This document shows positions 55,221 through 64,000 of a stretch of DNA of 64,000 nt, piece by piece (the stretch's first letter is position 1; every line of letters begins with the position of its first letter). The stretch is from Candidatus Falkowbacteria bacterium (GTDB lineage: Bacteria; Patescibacteriota; Patescibacteriia; UBA11705). The notes under the pieces are model-generated. The model did not search any database and was not told the origin of the DNA. It worked only from the letters and a program-made list of their open reading frames with translations. Position numbers and translations under genes: made by a program. The stretch covers positions 2,046 through 66,045 of the forward strand of contig DOZJ01000003.1 of NCBI GenBank assembly GCA_003518055.1, written 5' to 3'.

Positions 55221-55648
55221 ACTATTTCCGGTAGATAGAGTTTGTACAAGCGGTGATCCAGATCGTCGGACATGAAGTATGTGAATGGTTCGAGGTCGGC
55301 TTGCAGGCTTTTGTCTATGACCGGGTGGTCTTTGACATTCCCCAAAGCGATGTCGATAATTAATTGGTTGTCTTGAAGCCAAAGATGATCAATGTCATGA
55401 TGATAAAAATATCCGGACTGGATGTACAGCCGATGATTAGAGCCTCTGTTTATGTATCGGCGCAAATCATCAAGCAAGCTTTCAAGATTAACAGATATAA
55501 CCAAAGATTCGATCACTCGCCCCCGATGAAATCCCGCGCCGGATTGCTCCAGAAGGAATTCCTCCACCAGATTTTTTAGCCGCATAAAATCAATGGCCGG
55601 CGAAATTACCTTTATTATTGGAGTGATTTTTTTGTGAAGTAATATCAT
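55217..55648 (-). CDS. Hypothetical 143-aa protein
   Basis: ORF between the ligase-like gene and the GT2 gene; start taken at MILLHKK (55648). Confidence 0.35.
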   Translation of the reverse strand: MILLHKKITPIIKVISPAIDFMRLKNLVEEFLLEQSGAGFHRGRVIESLVISVNLESLLDDLRRYINRGSNHRLYIQSGYFYHHDIDHLWLQDNQLIIDIALGNVKDHPVIDKSLQADLEPFTYFMSDDLDHRLYKLYLPEIV

Positions 55649-55653
55649 ATTGG

Positions 55654-56541
55654 TTACAGTTTTGATTGAGTGCGCGGTTTTATTTTTAATAGTTGAACGA
55701 TATAGGCGAGAAAAAGGCTGATCGGCGACAGTATGAGCAGCAGCAGGTATTGCGGCCATGGGCGGTATTTTTTGAAAAAGATAAGCATGCCGGTGATAAA
55801 TCGTCGTTGTTTCGGCAGAGATGATTTTTGTTCGAAACTTTTGCCTTCAAAGTGAAAGACTTCGGAAAGCGGAACGTAACGAATCTTTTGCCCCTTTATG
55901 GTCAAATTGTAACACAGATCAACATCTTCCCACCAGATGGGATACTCTTCATTCCAACCGTCAAGCAGACGAATAACTTCAGCGCGAATAAAAACAAAGG
56001 CGCCCATAATTTGGTCCACCTCAGATTCTTGCGTATAGTCAAAATCTTTTCTGAGATATTTTTTTAGGCATTTGGGTTGGAATAAATGATGTAGTTTGAG
56101 TAGGATCAAAACTTGATCGCAAATAGTCGGGTTGGTTTTGATATTGGGCTGGGTGGTCCGGTCGCCATAAAGCAGTTTGGTGGTGCAGGCGGCGATGTCG
56201 CGATGGGAATCCATATACTGTTTCAATTTGAAGACGGTATTTTCGGTGAATTCCATGTCGGGATTCATAAATAAAGTATATTCCCCCTTTGCTTCTTTCA
56301 AACCCTGATTATTGGCCTTGGCAAATCCCAGATTTTGGCGATTCTCAATGATAAGCAGTTGGCCGGTTTGAATCTGGGGCTGAAATTGGCGGCGTAAATA
56401 TTCGGTTGAACCGTCGTTTGATGCATTATCCACAATAATCACTTCAAAAGTAATATTTTCCGTAAATTTAAAAATCGTTTCCAAACACTTTAGTAGAAAT
56501 TCCCGAACATTCCAATTTACGATGATAATCGAGACATCCAT
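55654..56541 (-). CDS. Family 2 glycosyltransferase
   Basis: MDVSIIIVNWNVREFLLKCL...EVIIVDNASNDGS... (GT-A DxD region). Confidence 0.75.
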   Translation of the reverse strand: MDVSIIIVNWNVREFLLKCLETIFKFTENITFEVIIVDNASNDGSTEYLRRQFQPQIQTGQLLIIENRQNLGFAKANNQGLKEAKGEYTLFMNPDMEFTENTVFKLKQYMDSHRDIAACTTKLLYGDRTTQPNIKTNPTICDQVLILLKLHHLFQPKCLKKYLRKDFDYTQESEVDQIMGAFVFIRAEVIRLLDGWNEEYPIWWEDVDLCYNLTIKGQKIRYVPLSEVFHFEGKSFEQKSSLPKQRRFITGMLIFFKKYRPWPQYLLLLILSPISLFLAYIVQLLKIKPRTQSKL

Positions 56542-56580
56542 AGAATTTGAAACCAGTATCGACTGCCGACAGTGGTGTTT

Positions 56581-57795
56581 TTATGATTTTTCGTTTAAAT
56601 ATGAATCAACCAGACTCATCATTTTATCAACGCGTGCCTGCCAGGTGTGAGACTTGATTAGATTTTGACGGTTTAAGACTTGTTGAGGTGAGTTGTCCTT
56701 GAGCGCCCGGTTGATAAGATCACTAAAGGCGTTAGCATCGGAAGCGGTTTTTATATCATTCGGAAAAAGCTCGGTGCCGGCCACTGGCGTGCTGACAATC
56801 GGTTTGCCGGCAGCCAAATATTCATACAGCTTCATCGGGTTCATAGATTCGACAAACGCTGATTGACGATGCGGCATGATGGCGACATCAAACCGGTGAA
56901 GATAAGCCGGCAGCAAGCGGTAATCAACGCGGCCGGTCAAAATGACATTGGGTAGGTCGGCAATCTTTTTATCCCAAGCTTTTTTGACTGCAGCCCAAAT
57001 CGGACCGCAGACAATGAAAGTTTTTTCCGGATTTAATTTTACAACGGCGGCGAATAGGTCGAGGTCAAAGCGGCCTTCAATGGTACCAACATAACCGATA
57101 AAGGGTCCTTTTTTATTATCGATAATCGTTGGCTGCGATATTAATTTCGGATCAATAAAATGGTCAAAATCAACGCCGTTAGGGACCCAATAAACATGGT
57201 CTGACCGGTCGTTTTGATGGAAAAAATCCTTCATGGCGGATGAAACCGTGAAGATTAAGTCAGCTTTGGCGGCGATGGTTTGATATTTGTCGGTTAACTT
57301 TTTGCGGCTCATCAGCTTTGAATAGGCGGTGTGCTCCAACCAATTGTCAACCGTATCGAAAACAAAAAGTTTTTCATCCAATCGGCCAATAAATTCGGTG
57401 AACATCGGATTATATGACCAAAAAATAATATTATTTAAATTGAGAGATTTTTTGACCCGATTCAATTCTCTAGCGACAATTTTCCAGGAGAAATTATTAT
57501 CAATCGTTGAGTAAACGTAAAGATCAGGTGCTTGGCGGAAGCAGGCGCTGGTCAAGTCGCCGTAGATCATTTCGCCGTTTTTAACACCGGTAAGAATGTT
57601 TTGAATATAATGTTTAACGGTTTTTTTGAGGCCGATGGGGAAAAAATCAACGCTGACAATTCTCTCGACGTTTGGGTGCCGGAGCAAAGCATTTAAAATA
57701 AAATAATTGCGATTGACAATCCCCCGGTGCCAATCTGACATCGTGGACATGTTAAACATGACTATATCGAATTTACTTTGATCGGATTTTAACAT
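56581..57795 (-). CDS. Family 4 (GT-B, RfaG-like) glycosyltransferase
   Basis: C-terminal GT1/GT4 domain ...GYVGTIEGRFDLDLF...IVCGP...E(x7)E-like ...MKLYEYLAAGKPIVSTPV. Confidence 0.65.
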   Translation of the reverse strand: MLKSDQSKFDIVMFNMSTMSDWHRGIVNRNYFILNALLRHPNVERIVSVDFFPIGLKKTVKHYIQNILTGVKNGEMIYGDLTSACFRQAPDLYVYSTIDNNFSWKIVARELNRVKKSLNLNNIIFWSYNPMFTEFIGRLDEKLFVFDTVDNWLEHTAYSKLMSRKKLTDKYQTIAAKADLIFTVSSAMKDFFHQNDRSDHVYWVPNGVDFDHFIDPKLISQPTIIDNKKGPFIGYVGTIEGRFDLDLFAAVVKLNPEKTFIVCGPIWAAVKKAWDKKIADLPNVILTGRVDYRLLPAYLHRFDVAIMPHRQSAFVESMNPMKLYEYLAAGKPIVSTPVAGTELFPNDIKTASDANAFSDLINRALKDNSPQQVLNRQNLIKSHTWQARVDKMMSLVDSYLNEKS

Positions 57796-57842
57796 GGGAT
57801 ATGGATATTGGAGAACAGCTTTATAATAAAATACGACCGCGG

Positions 57843-58328
57843 TTAATTATCCGGACCGTCTTGATCAGTCTCAGGGCCGGCCACGTCATCGATTTTTTTG
57901 CTTAAATCCTTGACCCGCTGCATGACCTGAAGAAATTCTTCTTCTTCATCATCAGATAGATTGTCGGGCATGACATGGTAAGCGGATTTGAGCGACGAGA
58001 GAGTATTTTGCATTTTTCCCGTAATGGCCTGCATCATCACTTCTCGTGACGGCATCCGATCCTTGTGCATGACTCTCGGCCCCTTGTAGTAGCCAAGAGA
58101 CTGCATGGTTTCATCGTCTTCATCCGGCCATGGTTCTTGGGTGCTTTGGCTGTTGAGCAAGACGAATCGATCGTCACGATTAAGCAATTCAATCAAATGA
58201 TCCGGTTCAAATTTTAAGTTATTTTTTTCTTCATCCATTAGATCGTATAGCTTTAGAATCGGAATCAAAAATTCGTCTTCTTCGAGTAGAATGGTTTCGG
58301 CGAGTTGCTTGATTTCATCGTCAGTCAT
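57843..58328 (-). CDS. Hypothetical acidic 161-aa protein
   Basis: ORF with D/E-rich composition. Confidence 0.4.
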   Translation of the reverse strand: MTDDEIKQLAETILLEEDEFLIPILKLYDLMDEEKNNLKFEPDHLIELLNRDDRFVLLNSQSTQEPWPDEDDETMQSLGYYKGPRVMHKDRMPSREVMMQAITGKMQNTLSSLKSAYHVMPDNLSDDEEEEFLQVMQRVKDLSKKIDDVAGPETDQDGPDN

Positions 58329-58378
58329 ATGAATTCATGATAATAATTTTTGAGAATGAAAGTCTTGAACGAGAGAGG

Positions 58379-59395
58379 TTAAAATAAGGTTTGTTTTGTC
58401 CCCTCGGTGTCAGCACCATCGTTTGACGGTGTCAGATTCGGCGCGTATAGACGATTGCCGAGTGCGAATAGGCGGTCGGAAATGTTTTCACCGCGGGTTT
58501 GCAACTCTTCGGTTAGCATATAAGCTAGGTTGGTTTTTGAAGACAACTGATCAAGGTGGTGGAGGGCGAGAGCCTCGGTGGTCATGGGTTTGATCGGACT
58601 GCCGAATTCCAACTCGCCATGGTGGCTGAGAATAACATGCTGGACCTGCAAAGCGGTTTCAGCTGGGAAATCTTTGATGGCGGCAATCAGAGCGGAAATT
58701 TTGTTGCTGATGATTGTAATGTGGCCGAGAAGGTGGCCGGCGGTGGTCCGGGTGGTGGCGGTTTCCGTGTTCAATTCATAAACTTTGCCGGCGTCATGAA
58801 GGATAATCCCGGCGGTCAGAATATCCATGTTTAATTTGGGATAAATATCTTTGAGCGGCCGGCTGAGGAGCAGCATGTCGGTTATATGCTCCATTAAACC
58901 ATGCAAATATGCGTGGTGAATGTATTCGGCGGCGGGGCAAAGCTTGAATTTTTCAATAAAGTTCTTATCTTTGAAAATTTCTTTCAATAATTTTTGGATA
59001 AACGGATCAGCCACTTCGTTGATAGCGTTTTTGATTTGAAGATATAGTTTTTCCGGATCGTGAATAGATGATTTGATATAATCAGATGAATTGACGCTTT
59101 GGCGATCAATGACCATGAGATGTTTGATGGTTAACTGTTTTTGATTTTTAAATTCAGAAACCGTCCCATCGACGCTGACAATGTCACCCGGATTGGCCGG
59201 TTCGCAATCGGCGAGAGCATCCGACCAGATTTTAGCCGGTATGTCGCCGGTTTTATCCTGAAGAATTAAATCCTTGTAGGTCTTCCCAGCGGCGGTGGTT
59301 TTGGTATTTTGATTTTTGAGGGCGAAACTGACACCCTGAATGTCATCATTGGGTTTCAAATCAGCGATATACAGCTGCTTCATAGCGGGAGTCAT
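58379..59395 (-). CDS. YhaM-like 3-prime-5-prime exonuclease (N-terminal OB fold plus HD domain)
   Basis: ...LKNQNTKTTAAGKTYKDLILQDKTGDIPAKIW... OB region; HD motifs HHAYLHGLMEHITD and IILHDAGK. Confidence 0.6.
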   Translation of the reverse strand: MTPAMKQLYIADLKPNDDIQGVSFALKNQNTKTTAAGKTYKDLILQDKTGDIPAKIWSDALADCEPANPGDIVSVDGTVSEFKNQKQLTIKHLMVIDRQSVNSSDYIKSSIHDPEKLYLQIKNAINEVADPFIQKLLKEIFKDKNFIEKFKLCPAAEYIHHAYLHGLMEHITDMLLLSRPLKDIYPKLNMDILTAGIILHDAGKVYELNTETATTRTTAGHLLGHITIISNKISALIAAIKDFPAETALQVQHVILSHHGELEFGSPIKPMTTEALALHHLDQLSSKTNLAYMLTEELQTRGENISDRLFALGNRLYAPNLTPSNDGADTEGTKQTLF

Positions 59396-59448
59396 TTTAG
59401 ATAATTATAGACTAATTATAGCAGGATTTTTCAGGAGAATAAACATTA

Positions 59449-59691
59449 TTGACACGGTTTGGTATTTGTGGTAATATATCCAATTCGTTAACAACCATGG
59501 AGGAGGGCGCGATGGATTGGTGGATGCATCTGTTGCTGTGGATCTTGGGTCCGGTGCTGATTGCGCCTTTAGCTTATGTTAAATGTCGCGTTGTGGATAA
59601 AGTTGATCATAAATTGGCTTTGGTAGGGGGGGCGATTTATACCGGAGCTTATTATTTAGTCGGACTGGTAATATATTTTTGTTCTATGTAG
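59449..59691 (+). CDS. Small membrane protein (80 aa)
   Basis: ccatggaggagggcgcgATG RBS; two TM. Confidence 0.4.
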   Translation: MTRFGICGNISNSLTTMEEGAMDWWMHLLLWILGPVLIAPLAYVKCRVVDKVDHKLALVGGAIYTGAYYLVGLVIYFCSM

Positions 59692-59727
59692 CAATAAAAA
59701 AACTCAAGTATTACTTGAGATTTTTGT

Positions 59728-60078
59728 TTATATTTGCCGTTCGGCAACTAAATTTTGCAGATCAGTCATTAGAGATAGGCCGTGAGGTTTAACTCTGATC
59801 ATGTCAGCTCTAGGATGAGTCGCTTGATCTCGGGCCGTGTGAAGAGCACAAACCAGATTTGGGTGATTGGCTTTGATGTGATCCAACAGCTCCAAGCCAT
59901 TCATTTTCGGCATATCCAAATCAATAATAGCGGCCTGAATCTTGTGACCCTTACGATGAAGAATGTCGATGGCTTCGGCTCCGTCAGCGGCTTCGTAACT
60001 TTTCATGCGGTTACGAGTAGCCATGTGACGGAGCATGTCTCGAATATCTTCATCATCATCCACGATTAGGACTTTCAT
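59728..60078 (-). CDS. Stand-alone response-regulator receiver domain (CheY-like)
   Basis: MKVLIVDDDEDIRDMLRHM...AAIIDLDMPKMNGLELLDHIK... with the conserved acidic pocket, phospho-acceptor Asp and Lys. Confidence 0.75.
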   Translation of the reverse strand: MKVLIVDDDEDIRDMLRHMATRNRMKSYEAADGAEAIDILHRKGHKIQAAIIDLDMPKMNGLELLDHIKANHPNLVCALHTARDQATHPRADMIRVKPHGLSLMTDLQNLVAERQI

Positions 60079-60186
60079 CCCTTTAACGCCTCCATGTGGT
60101 CGAACGTAAAAGGAATACTATCAAATACACGTGATTTTGTCAATTGGGTCGGTGGATAGTTTAATTTGGCTAAAATAGGTGTCTTA

Positions 60187-60215
60187 TTGACGAGGTTTGG
60201 AGATTGTGTTATAAT
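60187..60215 (+). promoter_or_regulatory. Sigma70-type promoter for the 60248 operon
   Basis: TTGACG (60187-60192), 17 nt, TATAAT (60210-60215); RBS aaggagga. Confidence 0.5.
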
Positions 60216-60247
60216 TCGATGTTGCAACCCATAACAAGGAGGATGAG

Positions 60248-60781
60248 ATGGATCGGAAGCCGCTATTTATCACTACTTTTCGTGAGTGGGATTTTCATGA
60301 TATTCGTACTGGTCAGACAGTGATGGTTCCGGCGGGACGTTATCAAGTCGCACGAATTGACTGTCCCCGATTTCATTGTGACAAGCTGGTTTTGATGAAT
60401 TATTCACCTGACGCTTGTATCGGGATGGCTGAAGGCGCGGTTCGGCAATGGCACGATGGCCAGATCAGTCCCAAGACGCTGGTTCCAATTTCTTGGGGAG
60501 ATTTTCAAATCAGATTTGAAAATGACGATGCCCCAGAAAGAAATATTGGTTATGATGAAATAAATCCGAGAGCTGATTTTGGTTTTGGTCATGATGGTAA
60601 TATGATTATCCATGAAATCTTTGTGGCGACTCATAACAGTCAGCATATCGATCGTTCAATCAATGCTGTGAATTTTGAACTGGCAGCGGTTCTGGTCGCT
60701 TATTTCCGCGGGTTTGGGTTCGTGGTAGACTGCGATCAGCAGCTAGAAACTATCCGTGTTCGTCATCCCCAGTTGGTGTAA
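60248..60781 (+). CDS. Hypothetical 177-aa protein
   Basis: ORF with RBS; no recognisable motif. Confidence 0.45.
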   Translation: MDRKPLFITTFREWDFHDIRTGQTVMVPAGRYQVARIDCPRFHCDKLVLMNYSPDACIGMAEGAVRQWHDGQISPKTLVPISWGDFQIRFENDDAPERNIGYDEINPRADFGFGHDGNMIIHEIFVATHNSQHIDRSINAVNFELAAVLVAYFRGFGFVVDCDQQLETIRVRHPQLV

Positions 60782-60856
60782 AAAAATAAGCTTACATTCA
60801 GTCGTAACTGATGTAAAAATTATTTTCAACCAAAACCAAAGAATCGGAGGGCTGGC

Positions 60857-61225
60857 ATGAGACAGATTAGAATTGATGATTGTAATTTTCTCGTTCAAGA
60901 AGGTGCGATTGAAACTCAAGCTCTACTTCGCGGCCAGCGGGCTGAAGTTTTCCGGCCGATTATTCGTTTTGAACGTATTCGGGTGATTCCGTTGTATCTG
61001 TTTGAAGCCGGCAGCCATACGATTATCGGATCTGAGGTTTTGGTCGTGGTTGACGACGTAATGTATTATTTTTACGATGAACGTCTTGAAATTGATGAAT
61101 ATCTGCTGATTTGTGACGGAAGGTTGTATCGTCCCACGGAAGAACCGGTAGAGGTAAACTTGCATTTTTCTCTGCGTCAAGTCAAGATTGAACCGGCTGT
61201 GACGACGCAGCTCGAAAAGATTTAA
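60857..61225 (+). CDS. Hypothetical 122-aa protein
   Basis: RBS cggaggg; terminator at 61229-61254 (ctcca-gaaag-tggag followed by T8). Confidence 0.45.
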   Translation: MRQIRIDDCNFLVQEGAIETQALLRGQRAEVFRPIIRFERIRVIPLYLFEAGSHTIIGSEVLVVVDDVMYYFYDERLEIDEYLLICDGRLYRPTEEPVEVNLHFSLRQVKIEPAVTTQLEKI

Positions 61226-61289
61226 AAAACTCCAGAAAGTGGAGATTTTTTTATTTACAAGAAAAACCAACGACGAATAGCTGATGTAT

Positions 61290-61515
61290 GCTTTTAAAAG
61301 CGTGCCGGTGACAGCAGTGGTCATCCTTCGATCCTGCCGATCGAGAACCTTCCGCCTTCACTATCGTTTCGGCGGACAAGCAGGGTGACAAAATGTTTTA
61401 TGCACGCTTCGACCATTCGACTAGGCTCGGGGCAAGCTTGGCGTCCCGGATAAACCAACGGGGCAGGTATGGTGACATACGTTCCCCGTGTTATGCTGGT
61501 GGTTTTCATTCGGAT
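61290..61515. ncRNA. GC-elevated (~55%) 220-nt segment between convergent genes; candidate structured RNA of unknown class
   Basis: Hairpins include cgggg-caggtatggtgacatacgtt-ccccg and ccgcc-ttcactatcgttt-cggcgg. The only ORF here (61321-61509, minus strand) translates to low-complexity junk. Strand and boundaries are undetermined. Confidence 0.25.
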
Positions 61516-61522
61516 TAAAATG

Positions 61523-61996
61523 TCATGTGAAAAATTTCAAATAGTAAGCGGCGATGCTGAAAGCGATCGAGACATTGAGGCTTTCCTTTGTTCCGGTCAT
61601 TGGGAGGTGTAGAACGTGGTCACAGCGGTTCAAAAGTTGTGGTGATAACCCTTTGACTTCATTGCCGACCATTAGCGCTAGCTTAGATTTTGGTTTGAAT
61701 CGGCGAATGTCGAGGCTCTCCCCTGTCATCTCTAGGGCAATGATGATATAACCGTTTTGTTTTAATTTTTCAATCACGCGCCAAGTATGGAATTCGTATT
61801 TCCACGGTACGGTATGATGGGCACCAAGAGCGGTTTTGGCGATTTTTTGTTCATTTTTGTCCGGCCGGCCGGAATAGCCGGTCAGATAGATTTTTTCAAT
61901 TCCAACCGCGTCAGCCGTGCGAAAAATCGAGCCGACATTGTATAGACTGCGAATATTGGGTAAAATTACGGTTATTTTCGGGTCTTTAATTGACAT
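61523..61996 (-). CDS. SpoU/TrmH-family RNA 2-prime-O-methyltransferase
   Basis: ...VILPNIRSLYNVGSIFRTADAVGIEKIYL...IALEMTGESL...ALMVGNEVKGLS... matches the SPOUT motifs. Confidence 0.7.
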   Translation of the reverse strand: MSIKDPKITVILPNIRSLYNVGSIFRTADAVGIEKIYLTGYSGRPDKNEQKIAKTALGAHHTVPWKYEFHTWRVIEKLKQNGYIIIALEMTGESLDIRRFKPKSKLALMVGNEVKGLSPQLLNRCDHVLHLPMTGTKESLNVSIAFSIAAYYLKFFT

Positions 61997-62050
61997 AATT
62001 ACTGATAGGTGATATCATAATGAGTTCACCTTACCACAAGGAGGCTGGGA

Positions 62051-62353
62051 ATGAAAAACGAGATTGATAACGAGATCGGTACCCCATACATGTTCATATC
62101 AATCATTTTATTTCTGTTCGGTGTCCTATCCTTTGTGGCTATCTTTTTGCGAGTGTTGATTGTAAACAATGTTATCAGATCCAACACGGTTGAAGGACAG
62201 CAATATTTATTGCAGAATATGCCGTCATACTTGTTTCTCGTGATGGTAGGCGTTCTGAGCTTTGGTCTTGAAATAATCATGATGAAGCTGTTGCAAATCC
62301 AGAATAATCAACAGGTGCTCATGGACGAATTAAGGGAAATCGCTGGTAAGTAA
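62051..62353 (+). CDS. Small membrane protein (100 aa)
   Basis: caaggaggctgggaATG RBS; two TM. Confidence 0.4.
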   Translation: MKNEIDNEIGTPYMFISIILFLFGVLSFVAIFLRVLIVNNVIRSNTVEGQQYLLQNMPSYLFLVMVGVLSFGLEIIMMKLLQIQNNQQVLMDELREIAGK

Positions 62354-62420
62354 TGAGAATCTACGGATGCTTACATTGAAATTGTGAGATAGTTATAACC
62401 GAGAATAATTCTCGGTTTTT

Positions 62421-63467
62421 TCATTGTAGAAACATCGCGTCGCCAAAACTATAAAAGCGGTATTTTTTTTTGATGGCCAAATTATACAGTTCCAATGTTT
62501 TTTCGCGGCCGATAAAGGCTGAAACCAGCATCAAGAGAGATGATTGAGGCAGATGGAAGTTGGTGATCATGGCGTCAATGACTTTGAACTTGTAGCCGGG
62601 GTAAATAAAAATATTAATTTCTCTCTTTATTGTTCTGGCTGGTTTGGTGGAGATAATATCCGGGGCTAAGGCTTCGAGCGTTCTTACCGACGTGGTACCG
62701 ACAGCAATCACCCGCCCGCCGGTTTTTTTTACCGCGCGGATTTTTTTTATTAAGGCCGATTTAATTTCAATAGCTTCGGCGTGTAGTTGGTGTTTTTCCA
62801 CGTCATCAACCGTAACCGGAGAAAAAGTCCCTAGACCGACGTGCAAAGTAAGAAATCCAACCCCAATCCCCTGCTTTTTTATTTTGGTCAACAATCGGCT
62901 GGTGAAATGTAGGCCGGCGGTCGGCGCGGCGGCGGAGCCTGATTGACGAGCGTATATTGTTTGATAAAAAGATTTAAGTTTAGCGTCCGTGGTTTTGAGT
63001 GAAGGATGAATGTAAGGTGGAATTGGGGTTTCACCGAAACGATTTAAAATCGCTTCGAATTTTTTTTCGGACACATTAAATTTGACGCGCCAGCTCTTGT
63101 CGTCAATTTTTGTGATTAAAACGGCTGATAATAAACTTGGAAAATTGACGCGGCTGCCCGGTTTCAAGTGGTGGCCGCGGATCATTGTTTCCCACTCTCC
63201 ATAGCCTAGATTTTTCAACAGTAAAAATTCAATTTTCCCGCCGGTTTCAGCTTTGAAGCCGTGAAGCCGGGCCGGTCTGACTTTGGTATCATTTAAAATC
63301 AATAAATCGCCCGGCCGCAGATAATCAGGCAGATGATTAAATGTTTGATGCGTGACTTTTTGCTCTTTTGAATCGTAAATGAGAAGTTTGCAGCTATCCC
63401 TTGGTGTTGCCGGGTGGCTGGCAATGAGAGTTGGCGGCAAATGATAATTAAAATCAGAGACTTTCAT
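62421..63467 (-). CDS. queA: S-adenosylmethionine:tRNA ribosyltransferase-isomerase
   Basis: MKVSDFNYHLPPTLIASHPATPRDSCKLLIY... canonical QueA N-terminus; 348 aa. Confidence 0.8.
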   Translation of the reverse strand: MKVSDFNYHLPPTLIASHPATPRDSCKLLIYDSKEQKVTHQTFNHLPDYLRPGDLLILNDTKVRPARLHGFKAETGGKIEFLLLKNLGYGEWETMIRGHHLKPGSRVNFPSLLSAVLITKIDDKSWRVKFNVSEKKFEAILNRFGETPIPPYIHPSLKTTDAKLKSFYQTIYARQSGSAAAPTAGLHFTSRLLTKIKKQGIGVGFLTLHVGLGTFSPVTVDDVEKHQLHAEAIEIKSALIKKIRAVKKTGGRVIAVGTTSVRTLEALAPDIISTKPARTIKREINIFIYPGYKFKVIDAMITNFHLPQSSLLMLVSAFIGREKTLELYNLAIKKKYRFYSFGDAMFLQ

Positions 63468-63915
63468 GTATTTTTTGTTTTAGCATATCAATACTCAGAC
63501 GGTCATCATATTCTTCACCCACGTAGCTGAATAATACGTCGTGTTCTGATGATATTAAGTAAACAGCAGGCTTGGATGTCTTGTGGGTTTTGTAAACAGT
63601 GGTTAAACCAAGATCAGTGATGAGTTTTGTGTCCGGATCGGATAGAATCGGAAAGGGCAGCTTTAGAAACGTTTTCAATAGGCTGGATTTGAGCTGACTG
63701 TCATTGGAAATGGCGACGATCTTGATATTTTTTTGATTGAAGAAGTCTATGTTTTTGGCTAATTCAATTAATTGTTTTTTGCAATAACCGCACCAGGCGC
63801 CGCGAAAAAATATTAAAAGCACCGGATTGTTTTGGCCGTATTCATAAAGATTGAAATTGGAATTGTCAGGTGCCGTCAAGGTAAAATCGTTGAATCGCAT
63901 ATAAATTAACAACAA
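63454..63915 (-). CDS. Thioredoxin-fold redoxin (AhpC/TSA/TlpA-like)
   Basis: ...VLLIFFRGAWCGYCKKQLIEL... contains a CxxC active site in a redoxin context. Confidence 0.55.
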   Translation of the reverse strand: MLLIYMRFNDFTLTAPDNSNFNLYEYGQNNPVLLIFFRGAWCGYCKKQLIELAKNIDFFNQKNIKIVAISNDSQLKSSLLKTFLKLPFPILSDPDTKLITDLGLTTVYKTHKTSKPAVYLISSEHDVLFSYVGEEYDDRLSIDMLKQKIHESL

Positions 63916-64000
63916 TCGTCGAGATGAAGGTTTTGGCTGATATTTTCGGCTTCAGCTTCATATTTTTTTAGGCAGTCTTCAGAGCAGAATTTCACTCCGT

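Noticed and set aside
61321-61509. 62-aa minus-strand ORF.
   Set aside because: No RBS, an odd composition, and it lies in a GC-elevated hairpin-rich segment. It is more likely non-coding.
1-64000. Alternative genetic code (UGA read as Gly, as in Gracilibacteria/Absconditabacteria) suggested by the in-frame TGAs at 240, 9865 and 16406.
   Set aside because: TGA-free ORFs of 2317, 892, 725 and 697 aa exist. Known proteins (PBP2, ClpB, LysS, SerS, GltX) are complete without needing TGA sense codons. Several genes end cleanly at TGA. The TGA at 9865 corresponds to an Arg codon in the intact paralog, so it is a nonsense mutation. Code 11 fits.
1-64000. tRNA, rRNA, transposase/IS or integrase genes; a phage attachment site.
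   Set aside because: No T-loop/anticodon-arm candidates were spotted in any intergenic region by eye, and no rRNA-like conserved blocks. No DDE, serine or tyrosine recombinase motifs among the ORFs. A systematic tRNAscan/ISfinder search was not possible here.

Overview
Low-GC (~40%) bacterial chromosome segment, densely packed with short intergenic spacers. Near-consensus sigma70 promoters (TTGACA-17-TATAAT) and GGAGG ribosome-binding sites recur throughout. The gene content and style (giant lamin-tail-domain surface proteins, many small hypothetical or membrane proteins, a dispersed short-repeat family) fit a Patescibacteria/CPR-like reduced genome; this is an inference, not shown. TGA acts as a stop codon here: mreC ends in TGA, and ORFs of 2317 aa and 892 aa are uninterrupted. 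Read left to right, the window holds the following. A partial mreC, then mreD and mrdA (PBP2), greA, an orphan B12-binding radical-SAM enzyme, lysS, and a small ORF whose disrupted paralog lies 2.5 kb downstream, with a 550-aa acidic ORF and a palindromic-repeat spacer in between. A membrane cupredoxin, a BI-1/YccA-family membrane protein, a GNAT acetyltransferase, serS, an AroB-family cyclase, alr and an FtsQ-like protein. Two paralogous giant N-anchored surface proteins (725 aa and 2317 aa) that share lamin-tail domains and a conserved C-terminal domain. Each is followed on the opposite strand by an HExxH (DUF45/SprT-like) gene or a truncated duplicate of it. An M23 peptidase with a coiled-coil, gltX, a CRISPR-like but spacer-less tandem array of a ~28-nt genome-wide repeat, and a GxxExxY protein. 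A single ~1.1-kb gene at ~66% GC with GC3-saturated codons, sitting behind native-style promoters, a 355-nt leader, a GGAGG RBS and a terminator; this is the strongest anomaly in the window. After it come an unknown 195-aa gene, NUDIX, a WecB/TagA glycosyltransferase, a heptad-repeat protein, a GC-rich candidate ncRNA locus, clpB, a secreted 4-repeat protein, a LigB-family protein, a PriA-like protein, def-fmt, NUDIX, a Cas4-like PD-(D/E)xK nuclease, an 11-fold ~60-aa tandem-repeat basic protein, a NYN nuclease, an envelope polysaccharide cluster (Wzy/O-antigen-ligase-like, GT2, GT4), a YhaM-like HD/OB nuclease, an orphan response regulator, a second GC-elevated candidate ncRNA, a TrmH-family methyltransferase, queA and a thioredoxin-fold protein. 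No tRNA, rRNA, bona fide CRISPR array or transposase was recognised.
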